Origin: Neoechinorhynchus agilis
Taxonomy: Eukaryota > Animalia > Acanthocephala
Direction of reading: 5' to 3'
Length of the DNA: 64,000 nucleotides
Assembly: GCA_051530055.1 (NCBI GenBank)
Contig: CM121343.1
Location: 2,574,389-2,638,388 of the forward strand
Shown piece by piece: positions 48,535 through 61,300 of this stretch. The notes beneath the pieces are model-generated. The model saw only the letters and a program-made list of their open reading frames with translations, was not told where the DNA came from and did no database searches. The translations under genes were made by a program, and so were the position numbers. The stretch's first letter is position 1. Every line of letters starts with the position of its first letter.

Positions 48535-49890
48535 CTAATTTTGCACATCGATTTCCTCTTCGGAAGGACATTTTTCATTGTTGTCCGTCGCCTTCCTATT
48601 GGTTTGCAGTGATCCACAGTTTTCCGGCGGGTCGAAGTTCTTTGCCGCTCTTTGCAATAAGGCTTGTATTTGGACAATATCTTGCGAAACCTTCAGATTT
48701 GGTTGTCGCTCATTGTCGGGTGCTCTTACATAAGGTACTTTGTTAGCCTCGAATTTCATTCCACAACCTACTGTGTTACTATGAGTTTTGGAATGCTTGT
48801 TAAGATGATCACTCCTCATAAACCTTTTACCACAATGCGTACAATGAAACCGTTTCTCGCCAGTATGGGTCCTGATATGTCTTTGCAACTCATCCGACCT
48901 AGTGAATGCTTTTCCACACGATGCCCATATACACTTAAAAGGTCGTTCACCCGTGTGCCATCGCAAGTGAGCCTTCAAATGCGATGTTTTACCATAAGTC
49001 CGATTGCAAAATTGGCAGACATGTTGCTTTTTCCTCTTGATTGTACATAAGTTCGTTACGTTTGTTGTTGTTGTTGTTGTTGAGGCCACAGATAATCCAT
49101 CAGTGGACTCAAGAGTTGCAACCGCGGATCCGGCATCACTCTCTTCTGTTTCATTTTCGAATCTCAATAGAACGTCTTTTTTTAATTGTAAGGCACTTGA
49201 TCGAGGTTCCTCATAAGTCTTTATAGCATCTAACGAATGCTCAGCTTTACTGGAGTTCGTGTGCATAACAGTAGTCTTCTGAACACAATTAGGACACTGA
49301 CAAACAGTGCACCTTTTCATTTTCTTAGCCTCACAGGAATCCTGAACTGGAACAGTACTTCGGCCACACCACCGAGATCGCTTAGTGCTCGGTGGACATA
49401 CCAAAACAGTTTGAAAGTTGTTTGTTTGTCGGTGAGATGAAAATGTTGGGGAACACATTCTGAACATTTGAGTGTTTATTGGAGGAAGAGAACACGTAGA
49501 CCGATTGAAGATGTCTTGGACACTTGCAGTGATGCCATGGTTGACCATGGTCTCGTTAACCGCCGTCGGTATTCGACTTCCACCGCTTCCTGGGTTTAAT
49601 GGAATCCCGTGAACCATTGGGTGAGTTTTAAATGCATCATATATCGATTGCTTATATTGGTAGTGATTAGTTCTTGATACGTTATCTTTGACCGATAAAT
49701 GAGTTTTAGTTATACCTTTGTTCAGGCATCTAAATGCACTTTGACGACTGGTCTCCCCAGTTCTGATCACTTTCTGATAATTCGAATTCTGCCAAGGCTT
49801 TAAAGCAACAGGCTTGTAAATTTGCTGAGATATTACTTGATGATGCTCTTGATCAGTATCATTCCTTTTTCGCTCATGCGGACAATCCAT
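48535..49890 (-). CDS. SP5: Sp-family transcription factor, Sp5/buttonhead-like
   Basis: Btd box [10 protein letters not shown]; three fingers KKQHVC...[20 protein letters not shown]...[10 protein letters not shown]...[11 protein letters not shown]; subfamily assignment is less certain than family. Confidence 0.88.
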   Translation of the reverse strand: MDCPHERKRNDTDQEHHQVISQQIYKPVALKPWQNSNYQKVIRTGETSRQSAFRCLNKGITKTHLSVKDNVSRTNHYQYKQSIYDAFKTHPMVHGIPLNPGSGGSRIPTAVNETMVNHGITASVQDIFNRSTCSLPPINTQMFRMCSPTFSSHRQTNNFQTVLVCPPSTKRSRWCGRSTVPVQDSCEAKKMKRCTVCQCPNCVQKTTVMHTNSSKAEHSLDAIKTYEEPRSSALQLKKDVLLRFENETEESDAGSAVATLESTDGLSVASTTTTTTNVTNLCTIKRKKQHVCQFCNRTYGKTSHLKAHLRWHTGERPFKCIWASCGKAFTRSDELQRHIRTHTGEKRFHCTHCGKRFMRSDHLNKHSKTHSNTVGCGMKFEANKVPYVRAPDNERQPNLKVSQDIVQIQALLQRAAKNFDPPENCGSLQTNRKATDNNEKCPSEEEIDVQN

Positions 49891-50673
49891 GTTTACTGGT
49901 AGAGTCGCGCTTGAAAAATAGCTTGTTGTAGTCGGACTATGAAATCAGTGGAAGATGAGCGCCCGGCTGAATCGGTTTATCCAATAGTAAGTATATCTAT
50001 ATAAGATATCAATCACAGGCAATGAATCATACATAGCCGGTTCAAACAAGTGCCGGCTTAATTAATGCTGACGATTTCGTGCTGGTTAGCGTCGCCGCTG
50101 ACATTTGACGATAGTGGTGGTGGTGGTGGTGGTACATGACGGCTGTTCGCGCCTAAACTTCAAATCTTGGACGATCGAAGACATATGAGCATTTGAAGAC
50201 GATTATCTCCAACCCTCCACAATGTACTTCGTTATTGTGCTCTTATGAAAAACAAGTGGACTGATTGGGAGTTGATCGAGATCAAATCCAATTCCGGCCT
50301 CGTTCACTGAACTCGTTAGGTGCATTTACACCCGGTACAGATTTAGCCCTCGAGTTAAATAATTGCACTCAAGGCATTAATCAAACATTTCCCGCAACAT
50401 TTATTGGCCGTGAAGATTATCTCCACTGTCGGGTTTCGTTAAAAACGTGAGTTGCGAATATATCAGAACATTTGGTATAAATATCATTTAATTGGGCTAT
50501 GGTATCCGTGCGCTCTATCGTAAAAAAATGCTGTGCTCAGAATCTCATAATTAGTAAACAATTCCACAAATCTCATTAAAACTTACAATTATAAGAACCT
50601 GTGAGTATCCAGTTGTAAGTCCACACTACATCCCAAGCATAATGTTCTCCAGAGAATCGAAATCTGGTTAGAT

Positions 50674-51212
50674 TATTTGAAACGGTAGTATCACATAATT
50701 CATTTGTGCCTCGTTTAAGAAACGGTCCACATGATTAGTGGATTTTCGATTATGCTTGTGGGCTTTTAAACATCACTCAGTATAGTAGATCGGGTTGATC
50801 TGATTGAGAATGTCTTAGCTTAAAATTAAGCTTAGTGTTAATACTCATGTTCAATATTTGAAACGGTACTATCACATAATTCATTTGTGCCTCGTTTAAG
50901 AAACGGTCCACATGATTAGTGGATTATCGATTATGCTTGTGGGCTTTTAAACATCACTCAGTATAGTAGATCGGGTTGATCTTATGAGAATGTCTTAGCT
51001 AAAATTAAGCTAGTGTTAATACCTGTTGAATATTTGAAACGGTACTATCACATATTCATTTGTGCCTCGTTTAAGAAACGGTCCACATGATTAGTGGATT
51101 ATCGATTATGCTTGTGGGCTTTTAAACATCACTCAGTATAGTAGATCGGGTTGATCTTATTGAGAATGTCTTAGCTTAAAATTAAGCTTAGTGTTAATAC
51201 TCATGTTCAATA
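50674..51212. repeat. Three tandem copies of a 176-181 bp unit
   Basis: TATTTGAAACGGTA at 50674, 50855 and 51031. Confidence 0.95.
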
Positions 51213-51612
51213 GTGGATTCATCAACTTGAAGAGACCAAAAAGAGACACTTCATCGTCATAGTGTTTGCAGATTTTAACTATTAAATCTGAACATAAGTC
51301 TTTATCAAAATAATGAGGCATTTGAAGGTGTTTAACGAGTTGGTTTTATGAAAAAGATGATTTAAGAGGCCGAACAGAAAGCAGTTTTGATCTCACTGAT
51401 AAATAATGTAGAAGTAATAATGCAAACGTTAGCAGAATCGTAAAAATCATAGAGAATAAGTAACTTCTTTAACATTATTTTTTAAGGCCGAATTCGACAA
51501 TGGCGAATTATGTGGCACTATAAAATATATATAATTGATTTTTATACCGTTGGTTTTTGGTCGTAAAATTCCAACCTATTGAGCATACGTTTTTAATTTT
51601 AAAACTTCATTG

Positions 51613-52260
51613 ATGAGACTCCTTTATTTCTTTTTTATCTGTGTTTTCGTTGCAACTGGTATCTATGTTGAAAACAGCATTTCTGATTTATCAGAACTAT
51701 TACCGGCAACTCCAAGTTCATTGATGCTATTCCATAAAATACCGATCGGTTTAAAGGATATGTACGTCTTACAGCTAATGGATGTGCTAAGTTCGCTTTT
51801 AACAGATCGGCACCTTCTTATGAGACGTCTTGATCAATGCATCAGGAAAATGACTGGACTTCCACCAAATGATCCATATTTAATTATGAATCTGAGGAAA
51901 CATTTAGTGGAGAGCTATATTGTTGATTTTGATAGAATTCATGATTTAGCTGAAAAGATGAGTGATTGGTTGCAAAATGCGGGAAAACAACAAGCGCGGA
52001 TTTATCTTTTAAATCGAATAGCCGAGAATCTCATGCGGAAAAGTGAGCTCTTAGAGGATAAAGATAGCCATAGAAAGGAAATAAGACGGGCTTGGCTAAC
52101 TTATATGAGTGCTCATGGATTGTGTCAGCGTTCCATGTTCAGGAATACGCCATTATGTCGCTTAACCGCCAAAAGGTATGCCGCGATCGCCATGGGGCTT
52201 ACCGATGGTTTAAAAGATGAGGAACATGTAACGGAAAATCAATTAAAATACATTTTATAA
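51613..52260 (+). CDS. Single-exon secreted or signal-anchored helical protein of unknown function
   Basis: 215-codon ORF with hydrophobic N-terminus MRLLYFFFICVFVATG; no family recognised. Confidence 0.7.
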   Translation: MRLLYFFFICVFVATGIYVENSISDLSELLPATPSSLMLFHKIPIGLKDMYVLQLMDVLSSLLTDRHLLMRRLDQCIRKMTGLPPNDPYLIMNLRKHLVESYIVDFDRIHDLAEKMSDWLQNAGKQQARIYLLNRIAENLMRKSELLEDKDSHRKEIRRAWLTYMSAHGLCQRSMFRNTPLCRLTAKRYAAIAMGLTDGLKDEEHVTENQLKYIL

Positions 52261-52569
52261 ATTTAGATGATGTAAAGACAAATGTTAACAGCTGATGGTG
52301 GCTTATATGAAGCAACCATGCAATGGTGTTTAAGTTTTCAGCGAAAATTGCTCATGCTAGAGGTGTAGAGTGTGAATAAATCTCACTCATCGAGTTAGCA
52401 CGATCCGCGCTTAAAGACGGGCTTCGTGTGAGCATTCAAACCAAAAAAACCGCTGAGACATTCATGTTTGACTCAGACTTCCTGAGTGCTTTAATGATGA
52501 ACATAAAAGTTTTAAGGTAGAAATATAAGAAGTTTGAAAATCTTTGAATTTTCAACTGTCTTCATAAAA

Positions 52570-53420
52570 ATGATGGTAGGTTTTCGTTCCTTTATGGCCA
52601 TGTAAAATCATTTGAACGTAAGCTTGCTGTGTTGCTCATCGCTTTTGTCGCGGATTATAAAGTTCGCGCAATGTGCAGGAGTCAGAACATCTCGAGAAAC
52701 GAGCCATACTACGAGGTTGATCCAAATGTGAACAATTTTTGTGTCACTCCCATATTGGGTTTCCCATGGATGTTTGTATGTACCGACCATTCGACGGTCA
52801 CACTGAAAATCTGGGCGTACAATCTTGAAAATATCAATAGCATGATCGACTTTTATTACTGGATTATTCCAGGAAATGCTCGAGTCAATTCGACCAACGC
52901 CCGAGTGGAGGGTATAACGGTCGACCCAGTAACTAGGGAAGTTACTGTCCTCAATATTTCAAAGCCATTTTACGGGCAATACACGTTGGTGGTGTATTTA
53001 AATAGAGAAGTGACACTGGATTTCGGATACGGTTACAATATATCTTCTAATGTCATCTACATGAAAGATTATCTCAATTATCACAACCATCCATTGTATA
53101 CTTCACATAATAGTGAATACAGAATGTCCTGGATTGTATCGCTGTCAACTTCTATAGGTTTGTTCTACTAAATATTTAGCCACTCGATTGCAATCTTTCA
53201 CCTGAAAAGGCTTCTTCTGCCTGGTCATTGCAGTCTATGCATTGCATCGATATAGATACCAAGAAGACGAAGATGGCATTCCTCTGGTACAGTTCGGTGA
53301 GGAAAACTCATCTACACATAGTTCAAGTTCATATCTTTCTATATAATTATAGGTAACGCGTTTAAAACGAAGTACCTCCAAAAAGGATCTCCAAGCGAGG
53401 TGGAAATGTGTAAGTATTAA
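52570..53420 (+). CDS. Type I membrane protein with signal peptide, Ig-like beta-rich ectodomain and one TM
   Basis: Spliced MM|LAVLLIAFVA signal; W..P...VTVLNI...YGQYTL pattern; TM WIVSLSTSI|GFFCLVIAVYAL; GT-AG introns. Confidence 0.7.
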
Positions 53421-54771
53421 TGATGTTCTTAATTTTTCAACCTCTTGTTTAGCTGAGGGATCGAATGATGAACTCCATATTGTGCCATAAAATATTTTAC
53501 CAAAATGTTTCTTTTATTGTGAGTGAATTTCACATTTTAAATCTCAAATGCGATCAACATGGTGGCTCAAGCTTAATTTTATGATTAATCTTGCGAATAT
53601 TGTTTTAAGTTTAAATAATCGCTGAGTACGCACAAACACTTATGATTTGGAAACTCGTGACCATCACTACATCAAAATCTCAGTCTTGCTAATTGACTTC
53701 ATATCTCTTTTCCTTTTAAATTGCTACCGGTTGTAGAGTTAGAGTCAATAAACTGACTTCGTTGTTTAATTCTACATCGCCACGACTAACGAACGTATCC
53801 AGAGTCATCTCAAAAACCGCAATTTGTATTCTCGTAATATCTATATATCTCTAAAAGATTGTAGTTTGTCTTAAACTCCATGGTATGTGCTATTGTTTCA
53901 GACTGTGTTGAAATTTTAACCGTTTCCGAATAATACTGACAAAATTGAATTCAATACAAAAACGGCTAATAGATTTATCGTGTTGCACCGTTTTACATGA
54001 TAGCATTAAACACACGTTCAGATCTTTATTATTCACTTTTGTGCTAAACTTTATTTATAACGAACTTGGCAATTGATTCAGATGTCACATTGTTTGCTAA
54101 ACATTATCATCTTTCAAAGATGAATTTGGTTATTTCGAAATACTCCAAACAGTTGTTCGTTTAAAGATTTTTAATGCATACTTTTCGAAATAATTTTCTT
54201 GTTTCTGTTCAGAAGTGAAACTACAGATTCATTTTCAAACCGTCCTTTATAATTTCTGCTTTTACGACCGTAAATTATGACAGTTTTAAAATAATTTACG
54301 ATCAAAAAACTCTCGCAATTACCAGTTTATCGTTTTAAAAGGTTAACTCTACGGATTCGACCTTTGAATAGGGCTATATACTTACCAACGACTACGGTTG
54401 CAATAAATATCATCAAATGTCGAAACCGGCTGCGTAAAAAATTATTTAAGGTATCGGTATCTTATAAATCCCTGTTTAAATCATGATCTTATTCAAAAAC
54501 TACTCGCTTTTACATAAGCAGGAAGGATATCAGATCATGAGAATACGCTTTAAAATAAAGACTATATTTTATAAATTATTTAGCTGATTAATGAAGCAAA
54601 AATGGGTTTTAATATTGCGGCTTTAGTCTATGATTTTCTTAAACATTTATGATTTTTAAAGAAAAAAATTAAATCATATGATTTGTTGAGGTTGTACAAC
54701 GGCGTAATTATTTATCATTGAACGAGCAATATATATCGAAATCATATATCATTGTCCTCGGGATAAATTTG

Positions 54772-55313
54772 ATTGTATGTTGCCGAATCCTGTCCCCGGT
54801 GTTGTCGTTACTCATTTATTTGAGAAATATTTCGCAAGGTTTTCCTTGCCTCTTCAATCGCTATCTAAAATGGAGACGATATATAGACAGCATGCACAGC
54901 CGGTCACGTCTGGATGTAGCTCAGATCCGTGGGTTTGCTAATTCCCGAAGTGTGGAGGGTTCGATCCGCATACACCTCCTGCGGTTTGTTGCCGAATAAT
55001 TGGTTCGTCATACTACTCAACTTCGGTAGCACCAGAAGTGAAGTTTGATTTATTGCCTTCCATCGTTGGATTTCCCCGGATGTGAATGGCCTCAAGAATC
55101 AGTCTTCTTCTCAGATCCGGTTCGCTCCCCCACACTTCGGGTATTAGCAAACCCGAGGATCTGAGCTACATCCAGACGTGACCGGCTGTGCATGCTGTCT
55201 ATATATCGTCTCCATTTCAGATAGCGATTGAAGAGGCAAGGAAAACCTTGCGAAATATTTCTCAAATAAAATAGTAACGACAACACCGGAGACAAGATTC
55301 GCCAGCGTACAAT
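54772..55313 (-). repeat. Inverted repeat, arms about 187 bp (54772-54958 and 55126-55313) with about 167-bp spacer; probable Penelope-like remnant
   Basis: Near-identical peptides on opposite strands in the ORF track (54718-54999 and 55092-55295); minus frame LLVLPKLSSMTNQL...HAVYISSPF.IAIEEARKTLRNISQ resembles linker plus GIY-YIG. Confidence 0.9.
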
Positions 55314-55376
55314 ATATTGGAATGTGAAGTCATTGTCGATATGACAGTATCAATCACATGATCATTGACTTTTTAG

Positions 55377-58300
55377 CACGGCGTTAGACATACTTAAACA
55401 TTTCTTTGGGGTATTTGAAGCTTTAGATGGAACGTATAAACTAGGACGACTTGGTAGTGGTTGTGAAACGACGATATCGCTTGTAGCTCAAATTTAGTTT
55501 CCCTAGTCAACCACGTCAACAAGTGTTGAGCGCATGAACGTGTACGAAATAGAACGCATTTTAAGGGTTAGAAGTGCGTTTGTGGAGAACGTAGCACGAT
55601 TCACCATAGAAATGAGTCCTAAGCGAGACTAAAATCAGTATTTTGTTTAGTATCCAAATTCTATGCATTTTGAAATGGATACTATTAACAGCGAACTTGG
55701 CGAAATCAACAAACTGTGGGACAGTGGTCCTTGTACCGGGCGTGATGGAATAAAACAAGTCGAAATCATGCTACTTCCAAGGTTGCAACAGGTTGCGAAC
55801 TTTGTGCAGAGTATGGTCGGCGCTCGCGCAGAGTGGAAAAAAATATCACAATCCGTGAGTCGTGAACTTTCAACGTTTATATAGCCATTAAATTGTCTTA
55901 GGATGCTACTGTGGCTATAAGATACTTATTGTTCCTAAGTCATAAGTTGGTTCAGGCTTGCATTGATAATGGACAAATATTTGAAGGTAAAATCTGCTTT
56001 TTAAAATTTTTATTGAAACATATGTAATAACAAAATTGAAAAGAAAATATTTTGCGTTTCTCGATTTTCGTAGTTTAAAGTTCGTATTAAATTTAAATAA
56101 AATGAATTAAATAAAAAAATGTATACTGTAAATCAAAATAAAGATGCTTGCAGCAGAAACAGGGGAGCGACGCGAGAGGATTTTCCTGATACAAAGAATA
56201 AGCCTCGCAATCCAACGAGGAAATGCGGTCAGCGTCCGGGGGACGATTTAATCATTTTTCTTTTATAAACTTGTTTTTCGAAAAAAAATTGTTGTCTTCA
56301 AATGTTATGTTTGTTCGGCAGCTTCCTTGATGGTCGCGCTGGATCGCCGCGCTGATTCGCTGCAACAGGAAGCTGCTGGATCGCATATCGCCGGTGGCAT
56401 ATTTCAGCATCTTTCTCAGTCGTGAGAGGAAATAATCGGCTTCTTTTCCGAGACATTCCAATGTTTCCACCGCAATCGGGATGAAAATATATTGATGCCC
56501 ATCGAGCGAGGAGTACTTCTACCGCTTCTTTTTCTCGCTGAAGCTGGCGACTGCTCCCGCCTTTGAGGTGGCATCCCGTAAGTGGGATGCTGCGAGCGTG
56601 TTGGGGCAGGTAAAACCCCAAACCAGTAAAATGGATGTTTTTAAGACCATGAAAGCATTGTTTTACGTTGATTGTTTTTGCACCAATCATAATAAAACGC
56701 AAAATTTGGTATTGGACGGAGAATAATTGAGTCAAATATTAGGGTTATTTTTTCACTAGACGTGATGTCGTATATTTATATTCTGAAATACTTTGAAATA
56801 GATTTTGTTTTCAATCAAAGTTAATTGATATGATTTGCAGTCTTAGAATTCTTGATGTCGAAACAAAAAGTTAATCTTCCGAAATTTGCTTCTACGATAT
56901 CCGAGAGTCTACTATTGATCTCAAAGCTTATAAATGATCTAATTGCACAAGCTGATCTGGACACTTTAACTACTACCATGGAAACGTATGTAAATGAGAA
57001 AATCGTCAACATTCAAGCACGAAGGTTATTCATTTGGCTTTATGAACAAACATGCAATGCCTTACATAAATTTTCCCCTCAAAAATTGTTAAAGTCATTA
57101 AAGCAATTGACGAACACTCGTGATCTTTTAAAAACTATATCCGGAATACGCCTTCCTGTTATCGATTCGGCACATGAAGCTCTTTGGTTCGAAGCAATCA
57201 ATGCTTATTTAAATATACTGAAAATGGTTGTCCTTGAGGTAACGTCGTTTGATATGCTTCTCAGGTATACAGAGATGGTGGATGCTGCATCATTTCTCAC
57301 TGACGCTGAAAATTTAATGGAAGTATCCGATTGTGGACGTTTGGCTAAGATCGAGCAACTCATTGCGAAAATTTCCGCTTTAAATATGGATATGAGAATG
57401 AAATTGACAGAATTAGACAAAGATAGCGACGAAATCGAAGCGTGTTCAGCTCACTAAATCAATGATCCTCTATATTGTTGTTTTATTTTGAGGATCATTG
57501 ATGATATATAAATAAAAAAAATAAAAGGAATTCTCGGGATAGTTTCCGTACCAATACTCCAGTTTATAAGCAATGTGTCCGAGGTAACATTGCTTTGCTT
57601 TCATTTCGGATTGCGATTAAGCGATTAATCGCCGGTGCTTCACATCAAAGTTCATTTAAACATACGCAGATCGTCGCTTCTCAGCTCAGTTGTGTTTGCA
57701 TTCCATTTTCATGCAAAACACGTATAAGTTTTAAAAATGTGCTTCTGATAGCCCTAACGACGGACCCGGATGGATATCCAATGAGGAATTGCCTCTCATT
57801 GATTGACAATATGTTTAAAATTTCTAAAACACTAAAAGACACTTCTGAGTGTTTATATAACTTCATTAAGCCTATATTTCACTTTTGTCGAAACATTGTC
57901 GATCCGAATGTGTTCGCCAGCTCCAACTCAGCTCCTACATACAAACTAAATTCAGCTGCAGTGTTCAAACTTATAGATTTTGTGCTCAGAGTGGCCGATG
58001 GAAATGAGCTGCATGTTATTAGTATTGTTTTGGAACCGTTTCTCAGGTCGTCCAATACAATCCACGATGTTAATATCGCTGCTCGACTATTGAACTATTG
58101 GGAGATCATGGTGTATGATCATGCTACAAATGTGATCACAATAGCAATGTTTTTAAAGAACAGAATCATTCCGACCTTAAATGAGCCGGCATTTAAAATT
58201 AATGGGACGATTTTAGAAATATTGAGAACATCCTTAAGTACATGCCATTCTAATCCACTAGCACTGGAAAATGTATTTACGCACAAGGAAGGTGAAGCCA

Positions 58301-61300
58301 TAGTCAAATTTCTAATTGAAAATCCAATCAAAAATTGTGCTGATATCATTGACGCCTGTACGAGTCTACTGATTCGTATCGATCCAAGACCTTGCTGTAA
58401 AATGAATATCGATGCGATTTTTCCAGTACTTGAGTACAAAGAACTTGAAGTGGTGGCTGATATGCTTCCGACACTAATATCATGGATTGCACAAAATTCA
58501 TCGGAAAAAGTAAGTACTGAGTTAAAATTTATTTTGCGACTTTTTTTCTTTAGGTTTCATATGAAGAATTACTGAAGATGTTAGCACATCCTACCATAAA
58601 GAAAATTTGTGAATCGAATAAGCAAAGAAAACAATTTTTTAACCAAATCCTAGGACGGATCGAAATACTCACTGATCCTCAGAAACACATCAACCGAAAT
58701 TATCTACGTGATAACGAGTTTCATGTCACGTTGGATTCCGTTTTTGCTCCAATTGTCGTCTCAGTTCTATTATTGTTTGTCAATATTATGAAGGAAAGAA
58801 ATAAACATGCCCCTAAAATCTTCAATTGGATTCGAATAAGATGCGAACGATCAAAAATAGATTGCATATATTTTCACAATCAGGTTACAAAAAATTATAT
58901 AATTTCTGTAATTCGTAAAGCGCTCATTTAGGCTGTGCATACAATTCTCTTGAACCACTATGAAGATCTTCTTAAAGGTTATAAATTCTAAAGAACAATG
59001 AATCACACTATCCATTAGAGTTTAGATACGAGCGTTCGAAAAATTCTAAAATGTATTTTGAGCACAAGAATTACCAAAAACGATTTGAAGCAAGTTTTAA
59101 TTAGATTAAAGAATGACACTCAAAACAGGGTGCGTATAAAAGCTAGTTCAATAAATCTGTATAAATTAGTGAATTAAAAAATAGCAATATTGGTTAAGTC
59201 TGTTGCACTATATTGTATCGTCTGCTAAATCAGGGGACGCTAGACACAGTATTATATTTGGAAATGGACTATTACCAATGCGCCGAATGTATACGAATAG
59301 GGATAATTCTAGCTTAAACGATGAACCGCAAACGAAAAAAAGTCAACGGGTGAATGCGAACTTCGAACCAGTTCAGCAAGAGTTTACAATTTCATTTTGG
59401 ATACGAATGGCGCAGGAGTTTACTGTAAGGAGGAATAAATATGACTTTCTACATGTCATTAGTGCTAAATTTTCTCAAAATACCTTAACAGTTCATCTTC
59501 AGTCAACAGGAAAGCTCATAATAAGGTATGTTCACCATTATGTGTAATTTTTAAACTCCTATCTCTTCATAGAACTTTTAATCATATCGACGAATCTAGT
59601 ATTACTCTATATCACGATGCTCCATATATCGGTTCCGAATGGACAAATGTGATTTTAAGTGCAGAATCACATAGACAGGTTTTATTTGCTGACTTTATTG
59701 CATTTATTTTGATCTATACAGTCTTATATAGCTTACAATAATACTAAATCAACAAGCTTTTGTTCAAAAAGTCAGCTTCGAGGATAAATTCTTTACAGCA
59801 TCACCAGTTGAAGTATTCTTTGGCTCGGGAATATCAGATCATCACTATGATAATACGGTCTCTTATCAACTTTCGAGCTTCATGATATTTAAATGTGCTT
59901 TTAGTGCAGCTAATTGCTTTCTTAAATTTTTCATATAGGTGCTGTCACTAGAAAGGAAGCGAGTATTCTTCACTTTCTTGGACCTGTCAGATTCAACTTT
60001 TTGGGAAAAACTGAATTAGAATATTACGAATACATCGAGTTACGCTACAATGCCCACTTTAAGGATGAATCTTCCCTTTTGGAACTAAGTAAATTTCAAG
60101 AGGCAATGAAGAAATTTACGGTAATTTTATATTAATAACATGCTTAGATTTATATACTCTTTCCACTTTAGGAAAACTATTTAGTTGGATGGGCTGCTAG
60201 ATGTCCGAACTGCATAATGTGTAGGGATATGAAAAAGATCAGAACAGTCGATTTAAGTCTAGAAAATATGGAGCTTTATCATTTAAATACTCCATCAGTG
60301 CTTCATGTTCTCCTGAGTATTGGTGGAATCTACCATTTCATGTACCTCCTTGGATTTGTAATTTTTGACCACTTTTCTAAATTCTAATCAGCTTGCGTTT
60401 AAAGATAGTTGAAAATCACTACGATACAAAAATGCAATCGATGAGTTTATCAATACTTTTAAAATCAGCGCTTAAGAATAGTCTGTTATTTACCGAATTG
60501 GTTGATATGTCTGGTTACGATATGATATTACGGCTCCTTACTCATATAAAGGCAATCACATCAATAGAAGCCCTTAAGGTATTTTTCTATATAAAAAGCC
60601 TAAATTTCAATTGTTCGTTTTCAGGCTATAATTCTATTTGCATCCGGGTCAACCGATGAAGAGGAAGTAATATTTGATGATGATACTACTAATTGGACTC
60701 TTCTGAATTCACATAGACTAGCATTTGTGTATCGAACAGTTTGGGCAAATCTGATTATTAAAAACTATATATGGACCCGTAGCAGTGTCGCAGCGGATTT
60801 TAAAGCTAGTGTTTATAGTTACATGCTATCTGAAGCTTCTCCATTTTGTGACTTCAACCGAGCCGTATTTTTTACCACATCATTATGCCAAGTATTCTTG
60901 ACAGATATCCAAGATTCAATGCTATCGGGAATCACTGTTTCGAAATTTCTGTTTGAAATCACCAGCAAATACATTGAAAATATGACATTTGAAACCGATT
61001 ATGCTAAGCTATATTACCGGATGCTTATCTCGTTGGGACTTAAAGTTATTCACGAAAAAGCTGCTTCAAGAAAAAGCAGTAAAAAGTCCGAGGAAAGTTT
61101 GTTGACTTTAAAGTACGCATGACTTGTTTTTTTAATTTTCTCGAAATTACAGATACTCTCCACCTTCCTTTCATCCGTAAGATCTCTGATGATAGCACGT
61201 CCACAAATTTTCTTGAAGGTACTTTTGCGCTTATAATAATCCATCGGATAAAATACGCGTGAGAAACAGGTTCTGGACGTCCAAGAAGCAGGACGTTTGC

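Noticed and set aside
61114-61152. A fourth TA-AG intron in the LYST-like gene (AAG|TACGC...TTACAG|ATA)
   Set aside because: A canonical alternative exists (AA|GTACGC...CCGTAAG|A, 80 nt), TAAG acceptors are used elsewhere in this gene, and there is no terminal stem. Still worth a glance in RNA-seq.
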